Of a stretch of 64,000 bases of DNA, positions 1 through 12,999 are shown one piece after another. Each line of letters begins with the position of its first letter. The stretch's first letter is position 1. A model generated the notes under the pieces. That model was not told where the DNA came from and did not search any database. It saw only the letters and a program-made list of their open reading frames with translations. Source of the stretch: Ginglymostoma cirratum (lineage: Eukaryota); assembly GCA_024137785.1 (NCBI GenBank), contig JAHRHZ010000086.1, forward strand, positions 5,344,677-5,408,676, written 5' to 3'. The translations under genes were made by a program, and so were the position numbers.

Positions 1-29
1 GTGACTCTCCAGTAGAGCTGTTAACAGTT

Positions 30-505
30 AAAAAGTGGTCTTTATGCTGAAGCCACCACAGCAAGTTCAATAACTTCAAAGCCTGATTCCACCCAGTTTT
101 TCACCCAGTCTAACCTTACTCCTATTATCACGTTATCCACGCCGCTTTCAATACAAGTCACCCATACTCGCCTACTTTCAGCTCTTATCAGCATTCAGCT
201 TTTCTTCTGTCCTGACTTGCTAACCATAATCTCCTTATTAATTTATCCCTTTCGTATCTCCCCCACATTGTCTGGGCTTCATCTCTACCTATCCACTCAC
301 TTTTCCTCCCCTCCTCACTACCCTAACTTTGTCTTTAGCATAAATGCTAACCTCTTCCCAGCTGCTAACAGTTCTGAAAAAAAAATCACCTGAATCAAAA
401 CATAAACTCTGCCATCTTCTCAAAGATGATGCCAGACCTGCTGGTTTCACCAGCAATTTGTTTTTGCCTCAGCTATCCTGCATCTGTGGTTCTTGTGTTT
501 TATTT
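30..505 (+). mobile_element. Decayed Penelope-like 3' end
   Basis: Pyrimidine-rich tract followed by cagttctga...gccagacctgctg...cagc, the tail shared with other PLE remnants in this window. Confidence 0.55.
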
Positions 506-599
506 TTATGCAAATATACTACAGCGTATAGTCAAATTTACAGATGGGGCCAAGTACTGTAGATTACTCAGGGAAAATCTGAAGTTATGCACTTTGATT

Positions 600-1215
600 A
601 TTATTTAACTGCAGAGGTCCTTATACATAAATCACAAAAGAAAGCCAACACACAAACTCAGTGGGTAATAGGGAAGACACATGGAATGTTGGTCATTATT
701 TCAAAGGGACTGGTGTATTAAAAAGGAGGTCTTGTTAAAACTATACGAGACACTAGTCACAACACAGCTGGAGTACTGTGAATGGTTTCAATCTCCTCAA
801 GGAAAAGATACACTGGCATCAGAGGCAGTCCAAAGGTTCACTTCGTTGATCCTAGGTATGGAGGAAAGGCTGAGTAGATTCAGCCTGTGCTCATTAGAGT
901 TTAGAAGAAACATACAAAATTCTGAGGCTAGGTACGGGAGTGTCTACAACCCAAAGGCATGATCTGAGAATAAGGGGTCACACATTTAAGAGAAGTCAGG
1001 GTGAATTTCTCCTAAGTAATCTATGGAATTCTTTACCACCAAGGGCAGAAGAGTTTGGGCCTTTTAAAAAGATATTCGAGACTAAAATGCATTTGCCATC
1101 AATAAGGGAAATCAAAGGCTGAGAGGAAAAGGCAGGAACGTAGAGTTGAAGATATTGTTGAACGGTAGAGCAGAAACAATGGAACAAACAGGAGCAGCTG
1201 AGTGTTCCTACATCT
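600..1215 (+). mobile_element. CR1 LINE 3' fragment
   Basis: ORF 681..962 LLKLYETLVTTQLEYCEWFQSP resembles CR1 ORF2 LYKxLVRPHLEYCVQFWSP. Confidence 0.8.
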
Positions 1216-1224
1216 TAGGAGTTA

Positions 1225-1850
1225 TTTAGACCCTCATGCCCTTTTCCTTCTGACCTTAAACTTATGGCTTCCAGTTTTAGACTCCCCTACTCTGGGGTAA
1301 AGACCCTGACTACTGTTCACCCTATCCACGCGCCTCATGATTTTATAAACTTAAAAGGAGGCCACCCCTCGTCCTCCAACTCGGTAGGGAAAAAAGTCCC
1401 AGCCTATTCATTGCTCAAACCCTCCAATCCCAGCAACAGCCTTGTAGATCTTTTCTGCACCCTCTCAAGTTTAACAATATCTTTCCTGTAGAAGGGCGAT
1501 CAAAATTGTCTGCAATATTCTAAAAGTGACTTCACCAATGACCTGTACAGCCACAACGTTACATCCCAACTCCTATACTCTGTGCACTGACCAACGAAGG
1601 CAAACATGCCAAACACCTCCTTCACCTATCTATCTACAATACGGTCCAGAGCCCTACCATTAGCTGGACAGGACCTACCCTGATTTGCCTCACCAAAATG
1701 CAACACCTCACACCTATCTAAATTAAACTCTGTCTGCCACCCCGAACCCATTGACACATCTGATCAAGCTCATACTCGGAAATAAGTCTTCTTCACTGTC
1801 CACGATACCACCTATTTTACTGTTATCTGCAAGCTTACTAACTTTGCCTC
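1225..1850 (-). mobile_element. CR1 LINE fragment, reverse orientation
   Basis: Reverse complement contains CR1 ORF2 C-terminal region (ttggtgaagtcacttttagaatattgcagacaattttgatcgccc). Confidence 0.75.
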
Positions 1851-2044
1851 TGGTATAAATGATTTGGATGTGAATATAAAAAGAAGCAGAGAAGTGGACT
1901 CGGCATCAATCCTTGTGGCACAGTGCTGGTCACAGGCCTCCGATCTGAAAAGCCACCCTCTACTCTTTTAAAGGAAAGATGCTAACAGAAAAGTCTGGGG
2001 ATTTAAGACCTCCTGCACCACCTCCTCTTTAATATGATGTAAAG

Positions 2045-2720
2045 GTGGCTGGTGTTGGACTGGGGTGGACAAGGTCAGTGGTCAGACAACACCAAGTTAT
2101 AATCCAACAGGTTTATTTGGACTCAAGCTTTCAGAGCAACACTTCTTTGTCAGGTGAAATAAGAGAAGCACGCAGGCACAGAATTTATAGGCAGAGATGA
2201 ATGGGCAGAGATATCAAAAGATCATACAAAGTGGAGTCACAACAGATCGCATAGTAGATCTCTGCAGGTGATCAAGAACATCAGACAGCAAGAGTAGAAT
2301 GTCAACAGTTGAATAGCAAGCAAAGGGATGACCTATAATCTGATTAAATGAGGCAGAGAGATAATTACAAAAAAATTAAAAATAAAGGTAGTACTAGAAA
2401 CAATCCAAATGACTGGAATACCATTATAGGTATAAGAATCGCATGCTGAGGGTCTAACTGGAGTAATAAGTAATCCCAAACTGTACGAACTAATGAAGGC
2501 AGAGGTCATAAATTATCAAGGTGCTCATGTCAAAACAGGACAGTAAGGAAGATTTTACAGATACAGAAGTGTCGTGGGGTCACACGTAGCGAGATCACGG
2601 TTGAGGCAGTCTTCACAGGTACTGAACATGGCCAGTTTCTGCTTGGCGATTGTGTTGTTGTGCATCTCAAAGGCTGCCTTGGAGGGCTCCTATCCAAGAT
2701 CGGAGGCTTTGGATTGGAAT
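2045..2720 (-). mobile_element. Penelope-like remnant with degenerate hammerhead motif
   Basis: Same terminus as the 20538-21270 element (ggtgttggactggggtggacaaggtcag...ttataatccaacaggtttatttg). Minus strand near 2125-2157 reads CACCUGACAAAGAAGUGUUGCUCUGAAAGCUUG. Confidence 0.65.
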
Positions 2721-3574
2721 GTTTCTCCACTGACACCTCGATTGCTTGCCCTGCCTTATTTACCAAGGGGTTGAGTATTGCTCCTTCTTTAATAAGTAGA
2801 TCCCATATTGAATAAGAAAATTTTGTACACACTTAAATTCCTTCCCATCCAAGTCCTTAATACTGCAAAAGTCCCATGGCTTTTAGTTAATGAGTAATTG
2901 GGACTTAGACATACAAGGGCTTTTGCATTGGGGAACAATAGTGGTGTTGAGGCACCCAGCAAGGCAAGAGATTCTGGTTAGTGAAGAAATGTGACAATCA
3001 CACAGCAGTGAAAAGGTGTTGGAGGTAAATGGCATTGAGGTAGACAGTACAGAAAGAGGCTTTGGTTTGGGAGGAGGGTTATGGGGAAGAGGGGCATTGG
3101 TACTGCATAGGGACAGCAGGGACTTGGGAGTTAATGGGACTTAAGTACAGCAGGGAGATGGTTTTTTTTTTAACCTCCTCAATAAATTAATATGAAAGGT
3201 GACATTAACCCACAGAACAGGATAATTCACCATCGGAATAACATGGAATTCATTTGAAGTTAGCCGGGTAATGATCTGCCTGGTCACACCAATATTTTCA
3301 CTGCTTACATAATTTCATGTGAGCTGTATCTTAGTTGATGACACACTCAGGAGAGTCACAGACTGCTTACATTCAAAAGGAACATTTTTGAATGAAAATG
3401 TTTAAGTGAAGCAGTGCTCATCAAATGGACATTGAAGAACAGTGGATTTCACCTATTGTCCTGGATAATATTTATCCCTCCTATCATCTTATGTTGTTAT
3501 TTCTGGTTGCTTACTTTGTAAAAATTGATAGCCAAAGCACAGTATAGCACCGTGGCAATGAAATCAATGAGCAA

Positions 3575-4112
3575 ATTCAAGGTGAGGAATCCTGCAGCAA
3601 GTAACTCACCCCCTGACTCCTCAGACGCTGGGCACTCCTCGTCAAAAAAGTGTGATGGAATGCTCCAGTAACACATGAGAAGCTCAACACTATTCAGGAA
3701 AAAGCAGCCCACTTGCCTGGCACAATATCCATTGCCTCCACCACCGACACTCAGTAATGGCAAGTGTGTATTATTTACAAGATGCTCTCCAGAAATAGAC
3801 CAAAAATCTTTAGACAGCACCTTCCAAACCTGAGAAAAACAAGGGTAGCAAATATTTGGGAACACCACCACCTGAAAGTTCTCCTCCCCGTTCCCCACAA
3901 GCCACTCATTGTCCTGACTTGAAAATAAAATCACTGTTCCTTCAGTGTCACTGGATCAAAATCCTGGAACTCACTCCCTAATAGCATTGCAGGGCTACTA
4001 CAGCACATGGACTGCAATACTTCAGGCAGCAGCTTGCCACCACGTCCCAAAGGGCAACTAGGGACAGGCAATAAACGCTGACCCAGCCAGCAACGTGTCC
4101 CACGAATGAATT
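3575..4112 (+). mobile_element. Non-LTR LINE 3' end (L2/CR1 group, family uncertain)
   Basis: Ends gggcaactagggacaggcaataaacgctg...gaatgaat. A homologous inverted fragment lies at ~17495-18290. Confidence 0.65.
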
Positions 4113-6059
4113 TTTTTTAAAAAACTGAGATTGTCGTGTAAAATTTCAATGTCTGTATAACACCACTGCAATAGTGATTCACTAGTTTAATAATCAAATT
4201 ATGGGTATCAGTAAAGCAAATGCAATTTTAAAAAAAGTTCCGGAAAAGAACGTTAGGAGATTTTTAAAAATCTCCTAAGTGGGAAAAAAGTGATATTTCA
4301 GAGACTATGAAGATAACTTGGGTGTTCCTAATGAATAAACCGTTCATAAAGATTGAAATAAAGTAATGAAGACATGAGATTGGCCACAGTACAAAGTCTG
4401 CCTGTTACATCAAAATGTTGCAAATAGTAGGTACTCCAACCCAGAAGGAAACAGAATTGTGGCTTTGATTAGAAAAATGGCAGAGGCAGAACATTATAAA
4501 CAAACTGAGATTTAACAGACGTAATACACTATACGACACCTTAAATGGAAACATGCTTTGTGTTTCAATAATTGCATGAATTATCAAAATTTCAATTTGT
4601 TTCCAAACATTTGGTGCAATATACACAGCCAATTAGGAAATATTAGGATGTATAAGGGTGTAACTTAATTTGAAAATTATATCTAGCCTTTGTGAGAACA
4701 CATGCAGGGCAGAGTAATAAGCATAAAGGTGTGCTGCTAGATTTGATTTAATAACTAAAAGATGAAACCTTTGAAAAAGGTTTCTGCCTATATTTGATTT
4801 GTGGTCTTTGGTGAGCAAAGTAAGTTCAATATGATGATCTCAAATTCAAGAGCTATGCAGGGCAGCCAATATAGCTCGGCTTTCTGAAGTAAAAATTAGA
4901 AGTGCTTGCTTGGCAACAGCGGAGAGAAAAACATTAGTTAGCATTTCAGGTTAATATTTCATTGGAAATGATGGAAGATAGAGTCAAATGCACCACAGCT
5001 GAGAAACAGAACACGAAAGAAAGTTAATCAAAATAACCATGGAAGTTGGTGGGCTTAGGCATTGGTAGGTAGCCAGTTAACTTCCTAACCCTGATTGTGA
5101 AAATAATCCTCAACTGAAGTTATGTTTTTGAGCAGATTGGGTATGCTGCCTCAGTCTTCAACTTGCCATCTTGCCTTGCATCTTGGGCAGGTTAGTGGTT
5201 TCTTACATCAAGAGGAGACAATTGTGATGGTAATTAAAAAGGCAGAAAGACATATTGACCAATCTTCGGTCAGAGCTCACTTGATCATTTCACCTACATC
5301 GGTATTATTACCCTAAAAATTCTAGGGAAAGATTTAAATATAATCAATCAGTGCCTTCCCCTGTGATACCAGCAGTAACATATAGAGATCCAACAAGGAC
5401 TGGCTAAGTCATGGTGCTATTCACGTCAGAACATTACACCACAGTGTCTAGTTAGTGTTCACTGGACTAAGAGCAAGACAGCGACAAGTGCACAATGAAC
5501 TACCGTCAAGTGAAGACATTTGCAGGGAAGAGGGGACAAACAGAAGAAACGTATCATATTCCTTTTCTTGTCTATTAGGACATTCTGTCAGGAACACTCG
5601 GTCCTGAGTGTTAAACCATATCCTAGAATTCAGTGTGCAACTCAGGACTTCTGTCACTTTTTTTAATCCAAACTTGTGGGTGAAGGAAATGTCCTTGCAT
5701 TTTTTTTTAATCTCACTGGCTTGCCCTGTCTGATCATCTCAATGATCACAAGCAGTCATTAAGTTCACAAAGTTGAAATTCACAGACTCGGGCACTCTGA
5801 TAGTCATTCTTATCAAAGGCATTCAAAACAAAAACTATATTTGTTCCCAATTTGCAGCCAAGGTTGTGTGAATTACAGTCTGTACAAGAGAAATATCACG
5901 AACAGCCTGTGCTCAGTATGATAATTCTTACAGTCTCAAATTCCTATTTTTAGGAGAAATAGATTAGTTATTCCCATGTTCTTGTGGAATATTCCTTGTT
6001 TCAGTCTTCCATGGGGCCCCTCTACACCTCTTTCAGCTGGATCAATAACTACTTGTGCC

Positions 6060-7660
6060 ATTTTCAACTCTTTCTTAAACTGCATACATTAGTTAATTTT
6101 GCTTCCACCCTTCTGACTTTCACCTTGCTCAACTTCTCACTTCCCTCCTTTGTCTCTATTTCCAGACATAGGCTGTATTAATATTCATTATGAACCCACC
6201 AATTCCCACTGCTACCTAAACTTCCTCATCCGCTGCTTCTACAAGGACCATATTTCAAAGTTTCAACGTCTGTCATAGCAATTCCAATGATAGTATCTTC
6301 CACAACAGTGCTAACATGTCTTTCTTTTCTCCTCAATGATTCTCCTCTTCCTGTCCCCTGTTGTGGGCAGGAGCCTCAACTGTATTTGTGCCATTCCTCA
6401 CTTCTGCCCTCTCCTTTCTCCTCTCAAAACCACAACAGAAACCCTGTGCTCACTTTCTACCCACCTGCATTCAAATGATAATCCTCTCCCACCTCTCAGC
6501 ATTTCTAAAGGACTTGTGCCTCTTGTGACACTGATGGTACACTCTTATCACCTGCAACACCTCATTGCTCTTGAAATCATAGGTAACACTCCCTTGTACA
6601 TCCTCCCTCTTGACTGTCATGACTTACTTGAACTTAATTCAATCTGAGTCAGGTATGTTATTCTTTGAAATTTGCATCACAGGTAGACAGGGTGGTTAAG
6701 GTGGTGTTTAGTATGCTTGCTTACCTTGCTCAGACCATTCAGTGTAGGTCATGTTGAGTTGTACAGCACATTAGTGAGGCCTCTTCTGGAGTGCTGTGCA
6801 CAGTTCTGGCAAATTGGAGGGGTTTCGGAAAAGATTTACCAGATATTGCCAAGAATGGAGGGCATGTATTTTAAAGAGGCTGGGACTTTTTTCACTGGAG
6901 CAGAGAAGGTTGGAGGTGACCTTAGATAAGTTGAATAGCAAGGGTCTTTTCCCAAAGATGAGGGTGCTAAAAATATGCCCCCTAGTTCTGAAAGTGCGAG
7001 GAAAAAGTTTTAAAAAAGGACATGGGGAGCAACTTTTTTTTTTTTAAGAGAAGAGTGGTTTGTGTATGAAATGAACTTCCAAAGGAAGTGGTGGGTGCAG
7101 GTAGTTACATTTAAGACATCTGTATAAGTATGTATAAAAATGCAGGCAAGTTGGATTAGCTTAGTTTGGGAACATGGTCAGCATGGACTAGTTGGACTAA
7201 AGGATCTGCTTCCATGCTGTATGACTCAGACTCTAGTGTACTGTATTCACTCGTCATAATATGATCGTCTCTGCATTGACAAGGTGGCACCTTACGAAAC
7301 ACATTCAACTCACTTTTCAGTCCCTTGCCATTTTAATACCATCTCATGCCCATATTTCTATGGTCTGGCGCAATATGCCAATAAAGAAAGCTCAGTGTAA
7401 GCTAGATCAGCAGCACTGGGCTTTTTGTTTCAACATTTTACAGCTTTCTGATTCAACCCGAAGTTTGACAACTTCTGTCATTAACTCCTGCTCTCCACTT
7501 ATTTCCTGACTTTCCCTTCTGTTCTACTTGCTGCTCCCTCCTTCTACTGTATTATAAACCACATCATTTTTTCACATCTCTTCAGTTCTGAAGGATTCAA
7601 AATTTTTAACTGTTGCTTTCTCCAGATATTTCTAGACCTGCTGAGTTTCTCCAGCACTCT
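6060..7660 (+). mobile_element. Old Penelope-like remnant split by a CR1 insertion
   Basis: 6060-6620 resembles the RT C-terminal part of the 23400-24070 element; 7240-7660 resembles the endonuclease and tail. Confidence 0.55.
6635..7235 (+). mobile_element. CR1 LINE 3' fragment
   Basis: ORF 6717..6929 LYSTLVRPLLECCAQFW; tail atgctgtatgactcagactct. Confidence 0.85.
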
Positions 7661-8685
7661 TCAGGGCATTTGATATTATACATTCCTCATAAAATGCTAC
7701 TGATTAATTGACCAGAAAAGCCCGAGCAAAGTCCCCAGGTGAAAATGAGAACCCACAAAAGATTACTTATTGTCTTCAGTAAGAGAAGAGATTTTCTTAA
7801 CAAGCCTTATGGGAAGAAAACGGTTGTCCCATTCTGGGTGTCTTTGCACATGAAAGTCAACATTTCCCATCTTTGGCAATTTGTCAAACAGCAAGCTGTA
7901 TGTATGATCACAGCCAAGCAGAACTTGGCTGAACAGTAGGTTGTAATTGGGGATATCATATACTTTGTCAGTCAAAAGTTTACAGGCGAATAGCCCAATG
8001 GAATGAGGCCAACTCAGCTGCATTAGAGATGAACAACATGGAAAACAGAAGGAGCAGTGGAATTTGTTCAATATCCTGACCTAACAGTTGCCTTAAAGTC
8101 TTACCAATAATCTTTCCATCCACTGGAATTTGACGTCTCATTTGCATCTTCCCCCCCCCCACAATGATTTATTATATTAGGTGGATCAAACTGCATTTGA
8201 CTTCAGTTCATTTTTTTTAAAAATGGGGGAAATAACATCGTGAATTTTTTATTCATTCACACCAAGAGAAATGATAGCAATATTCATTTTAGAAAATCAT
8301 GAAGACTGTTTTACATCACTGTGTTGTTCAACGCTGGACAGGAAACAGAAGTTCGAAGTTTGTCAATGCTTTTGTATAAGATATGGTAACTGCTGCAAAT
8401 AAATGTATTCGGGTGGATTTTCTTTGTTTATTCAAGGGGTGTGTACTATACCAAACCCTCTATTCCACACCAACCGCCTGGCGCCCCCCCCCCCCAAAAA
8501 AAGCACTGATGATTACACAGTAATCATCAATAAATTTCTGCTTTACAGCTAATAGTTTGAAAGCAGGCTGGCATGTATTTGCACAAAATGGTTGCCATAA
8601 TCCCAATCTTAGCATCTGCCATGGTTCTGTATGATTTCTGCATCAGTTGCACAATTCAATCACATTATTCCAAACTGGAATTACA

Positions 8686-8715
8686 TTTATTCTATGTTCA
8701 GTAAAAACGTTTATT
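8686..8715 (-). terminator. Distal tandem AATAAA signals (8710-8715 and 8686-8691), candidate end of an extended ~5.9 kb 3'UTR
   Basis: Two hexamers at the end of a UGUA/U-rich stretch (8700-9500) resembling vertebrate UTR ends; recognisable repeats resume below ~7700. Confidence 0.55.
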
Positions 8716-11700
8716 TCAACAATAACTGCACAAAAAACGTAGTAATTCAAGTGGAAAAATCTAGCAATTTCTTTCTACAAATCTGAAGAGTTTAATACAG
8801 GCATTTTCATATTCAACATAATTAGAGCTTGGGCATTCGAGTACATGAGTAACATTGTCATTTTGCTTTACATAAAAAATGCTGACTGTACTATCTAATT
8901 ACTAGTTTACAGCACATTGATGCTTTCAATCCTTGCAAGTCCAAACTGTCACAAACATTAAATAATGTAAAAATGTATTGTGTGTGTAGAGCACACAAAC
9001 TCAAGGAAAGGACTGTAAATATCTCTGGCAGGTACTTAAAAACAAAACTATTGCATATCATTGAACAATTAATTTTATCTCTCTTCCAAGTGTGGGGAGG
9101 GTGCGGGCAGAAGTCACACACAAGAACTGAGGAACCAAATACAAAAAAAAAAGGAAAAATGATGGACTGGAATACAAACTGTAAACATTTGTGTACAGCA
9201 AGTTTTGTGTATTAGAACAGAATGAATACATCACCTGTCTCTGACCAAAATGTGAATAAACAATGAGTAATATTTCGCAAAGTTAGAAGACAGTCTAAAA
9301 CCAATGTAAAATCTATCATTTCTATGTTTTACATTTTGTTCTTTGCTGACATAAATTTAATGTACATACTGTTTTTCCCGCCACAACCCAAATATTGTCG
9401 CCATTTGTTTCAAAACATTTGCAATCCTGTGTCTATGATGCAGAGCTGATTAGTTCAAAAACATATTTGTATCAATACCAATATGTGCAAAGTACTTACT
9501 GCACAGATCTCCTACAGCTGAGTGCTAGCTTCCTGATTTCCCCAGAATTCTCAATTGTCACTGCGTGACTTACGGCAATATTTGCAATTTCTGCTCAGAA
9601 GCTCCCCAAAATCAGATAGTTTTCTTCTGCCCAAAATTGTCAAGGATGTTGTGAATGAAGTGGTTTCCAGACTTTGATGTTGTTACATTTCATTATGAAA
9701 CACAATGACACTAGAGTATTTTTCTCAAAGTGAATTCCTTCCTTAGCAAGTGGTTTTAAATTCTGTATACTGAAGAAATGACCGTTAAGGATTGGACATT
9801 TGGCAATGACTATGTATGTGCCTTTATCACACACAGTTAAGCCAGAGGGTCAAAGAATATCTATTTTCTGGCAACCTGGACGGGTGAAATGCAATTTTTC
9901 TACTATGTGTTGGAAGAATAAGTCAATTACTACTGATCACACATTAAAACATTTTGCGATTACTAGCCATTTTTAATGATTACATCTTTGAAAAAGCAAA
10001 AGGGTTTATAAAATCAAAAATATTCAGCTTCAATACAAAAAGCATTTGAATTTTGGCAATAATTGGTTAAACAAAGAGTAGGCAGGATTTTTATTTTTAA
10101 AACCAAGCTCCTAGAATACTTAGGACAGAATTGGGTAGCTTTGGTAAGGGCTGAAACCACTTCAAAATGAACAACTGCAAGCTTGTTGCCTGTAGTCCGA
10201 AAAAAAAAACTGCCTATTGACTATTTTCACAACCGCTGCTCAAAGATGAGTGCAACACAAGTCCTCCTTCTCCACGGCAGTGTCAACTAATAGCAGATCA
10301 AAAAGGTGCAACAGATGAATGCACTGCTGTAGGAAGGAGTTTTCTACAGTAAGGTAGAACTCATACATTTAATAAAATATTAGAACCATATAAATCAATT
10401 GGAATTCTAATCAACAATCAGATAGAACTTTGGGGTACCTTCCAATGCAGCAAAGTTCAAGTCCCTGGTCTTCACTGCTTGTTTAAAGTGCCTGACAGAC
10501 CATTAACAAAGTAACATTAACCAGTAACAAAATATTTTATTCATGTATACGAATCTCCAGATGCAAATATCATTAGACTTTTTTCTATTTTAAGGCTTAA
10601 CCACTAATTAGGCAAAGCAATCAACAGACCAGCACAAATCTCCACTCAACAAATGCTTAATGAGCACTTTTGAGAGCAAGTCTGCTTTTGAGCAAATATG
10701 AAGAACACGCACAGATACTGGAAAATGTTAAGTCACCATTGAGAAAATCGTACAAACTATTTAAAACCAAAAGGAAAATGTCACTTCTGAATTTTTACTA
10801 AGTTAGTGAACACTATGAAGTCAAACTTCAGCAAACCTGTACAGAAATCTCTCAGATGGCCAACATTTAGGCTCAGGTAGTTTCAATAATTGAATAGTGT
10901 CAGTATTTGGCTTGGTTGCTTTGGACGAACTGCATATTTTTATGTTGGCTAAGCAGTTAAATATCAACATAAATCCTATTTCACACAAATAGAACACATT
11001 GTCAACTTTACACTTAACAGTACTTCAAGTGAAAGTCCACTATTCACCTGAAGGGAAAATGGTGGTGGTTAGGAATAGTGGCTTAATGAGGGATGACTTT
11101 TGTTTAAAAAAAATTTACATGAATTAAATATTGGATGCTCAGCTTCAAAAATGAAGAATTTCTCTGGTTTACTGAAAATTTTCCACCTTACAAGTTAAAC
11201 TCCAAGCTGCATACATTGCTAATACAAGTGTATTGTAATAGTTATATTTTAAGGAAGGATCCAAAACACAACATCAAAGTTTGGAAAACACTGGCAGTAG
11301 CTCCTAGATGACCAGCCACTAAACAGTGTTAAAAAAGCATAGTTTTTTTTATTACTCCAAAAGAACCGCAGCATTGATAAGTATATGTAAACTCAAGGGT
11401 GAAAAGCATTTCCTAAATTCTTAAAGTGGCAACACATTTGTGTAGTCATAGGGGTGTTGTCCCTTGGGACAAAGATGCTCCAACCCCTTCACCTCAAACA
11501 AAGCCTCCAAATTATGCATATCTAACACATCTCAGTTGAGTTTTAAAATTTCAATGCTGAATAAAAAGACAAACAACACAGGTGTGGGGGGAGAGACTGG
11601 GATTTTTTTTTCCTGAGAGCAGAGGTCAAGGGGAAATTTGAGACATTTACAATTAAGGAAGGTTTTTTTTAAAATGTGAACAAAGAAAAGCTATTTCCAC

Positions 11701-12999
11701 CAAAGGGTTCATGATTTTACATTAACACACTTCCAAGAAAGAAACCTCCACTCAGAACTTCCCAAATATAAGTGTTGTAGAACTGATATATTAACCTAAG
11801 TTTAAGCTAAGATTAAGAAGTTCTTTAAAGAGCACATTAATTTTGCTGCTGGAGACAATTTAAGGAAATAAAATAATTTTTATTGCAGTGCTGCCCGTGA
11901 CCAAAACAGTCTGAAATACTTGAACAATAAAAATTACAAGAAGCAATTTAAGTAGGTGCCTTGTTTGCAGGAGCAACAAAATGCAGATCTTTTGAGGATC
12001 AGTTCTCTATTTCAAATTCAACTACCTTTAAATTCAACTATCCAAAACGAACATAGTTAAACAAATTTTTGAACGCGTTGCCTTCTTTTTGCTTAAAAAG
12101 GTACCCCATAATATATTTATGGAGGAATAAATCGGGTGCTTGGAGACTAAAACAGATTGCAGCAATTGTAATTTATCAGCATATTTTAGGGGTCTTTGGT
12201 TCCTTCACCAGTTAACACCACTTCCTCCAACTGGATAACATACAATCGTTGCGCTTCTGTAAACAGCCGTTTTCCCCCCCAAAATTAAAACACAAGGTAA
12301 GCTTTCATTTCACTCAATGGTTATGACTTTGTTAACTGGCAGAGAATCCACTGAACCACAGTTCATAAGATAAGACCACTCAGCCCATTACAACTATCAA
12401 ACTCTTCATGAGAGTAATCAAAAGCCAATTCTAAACTCTTGCACTCCAATAAACATTCATTTGCACACATTTCATAATCTTGTCTCTGGATACAATAGAC
12501 AGTATTATCTGGAGCAGGCCATTTGAAAATGTGCATCTTTGTCCTCATATCCACAGGAGTTCTCAGAGGAAGATTCCAATAGAAAAATATATATGCAGTT
12601 TAGTACAGTTGCATTGACACTATTATATTTTATGTGGGAAGGCAGAGAAATGCCATGAATAAAACAAATAGATTACATTTGAAAGTATTGCTGGACCCAT
12701 CATCATTTAAGTCTTCAGGTTTGCCATGTTATTGCATTGTCCAAACAAGCATTTTGTTCATCCCGTCAAGCTACTCCAAGCAACTATCTGCAAGCCATAA
12801 AAGGTGTGGCACCAGTGACAGAAATACTGACTATTTACAGGCATTGTGTACAGGCTAAATTTTAGGTAAGGGAAAATAATGTATTCTTGCCTTCAAGATG
12901 CATCGTTATGATGAGCAACCATCAGTGCACACTCAAAAACAGTGACAATTAAAAGAACACCATTGGAAACCATCTCTGGTCTAAAAAAAAGACGCCAGC

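Noticed and set aside
1-8600. Exons of a downstream neighbouring gene
   Set aside because: No recognisable coding exon; the region is mostly TE fragments. Small exons cannot be excluded by eye.
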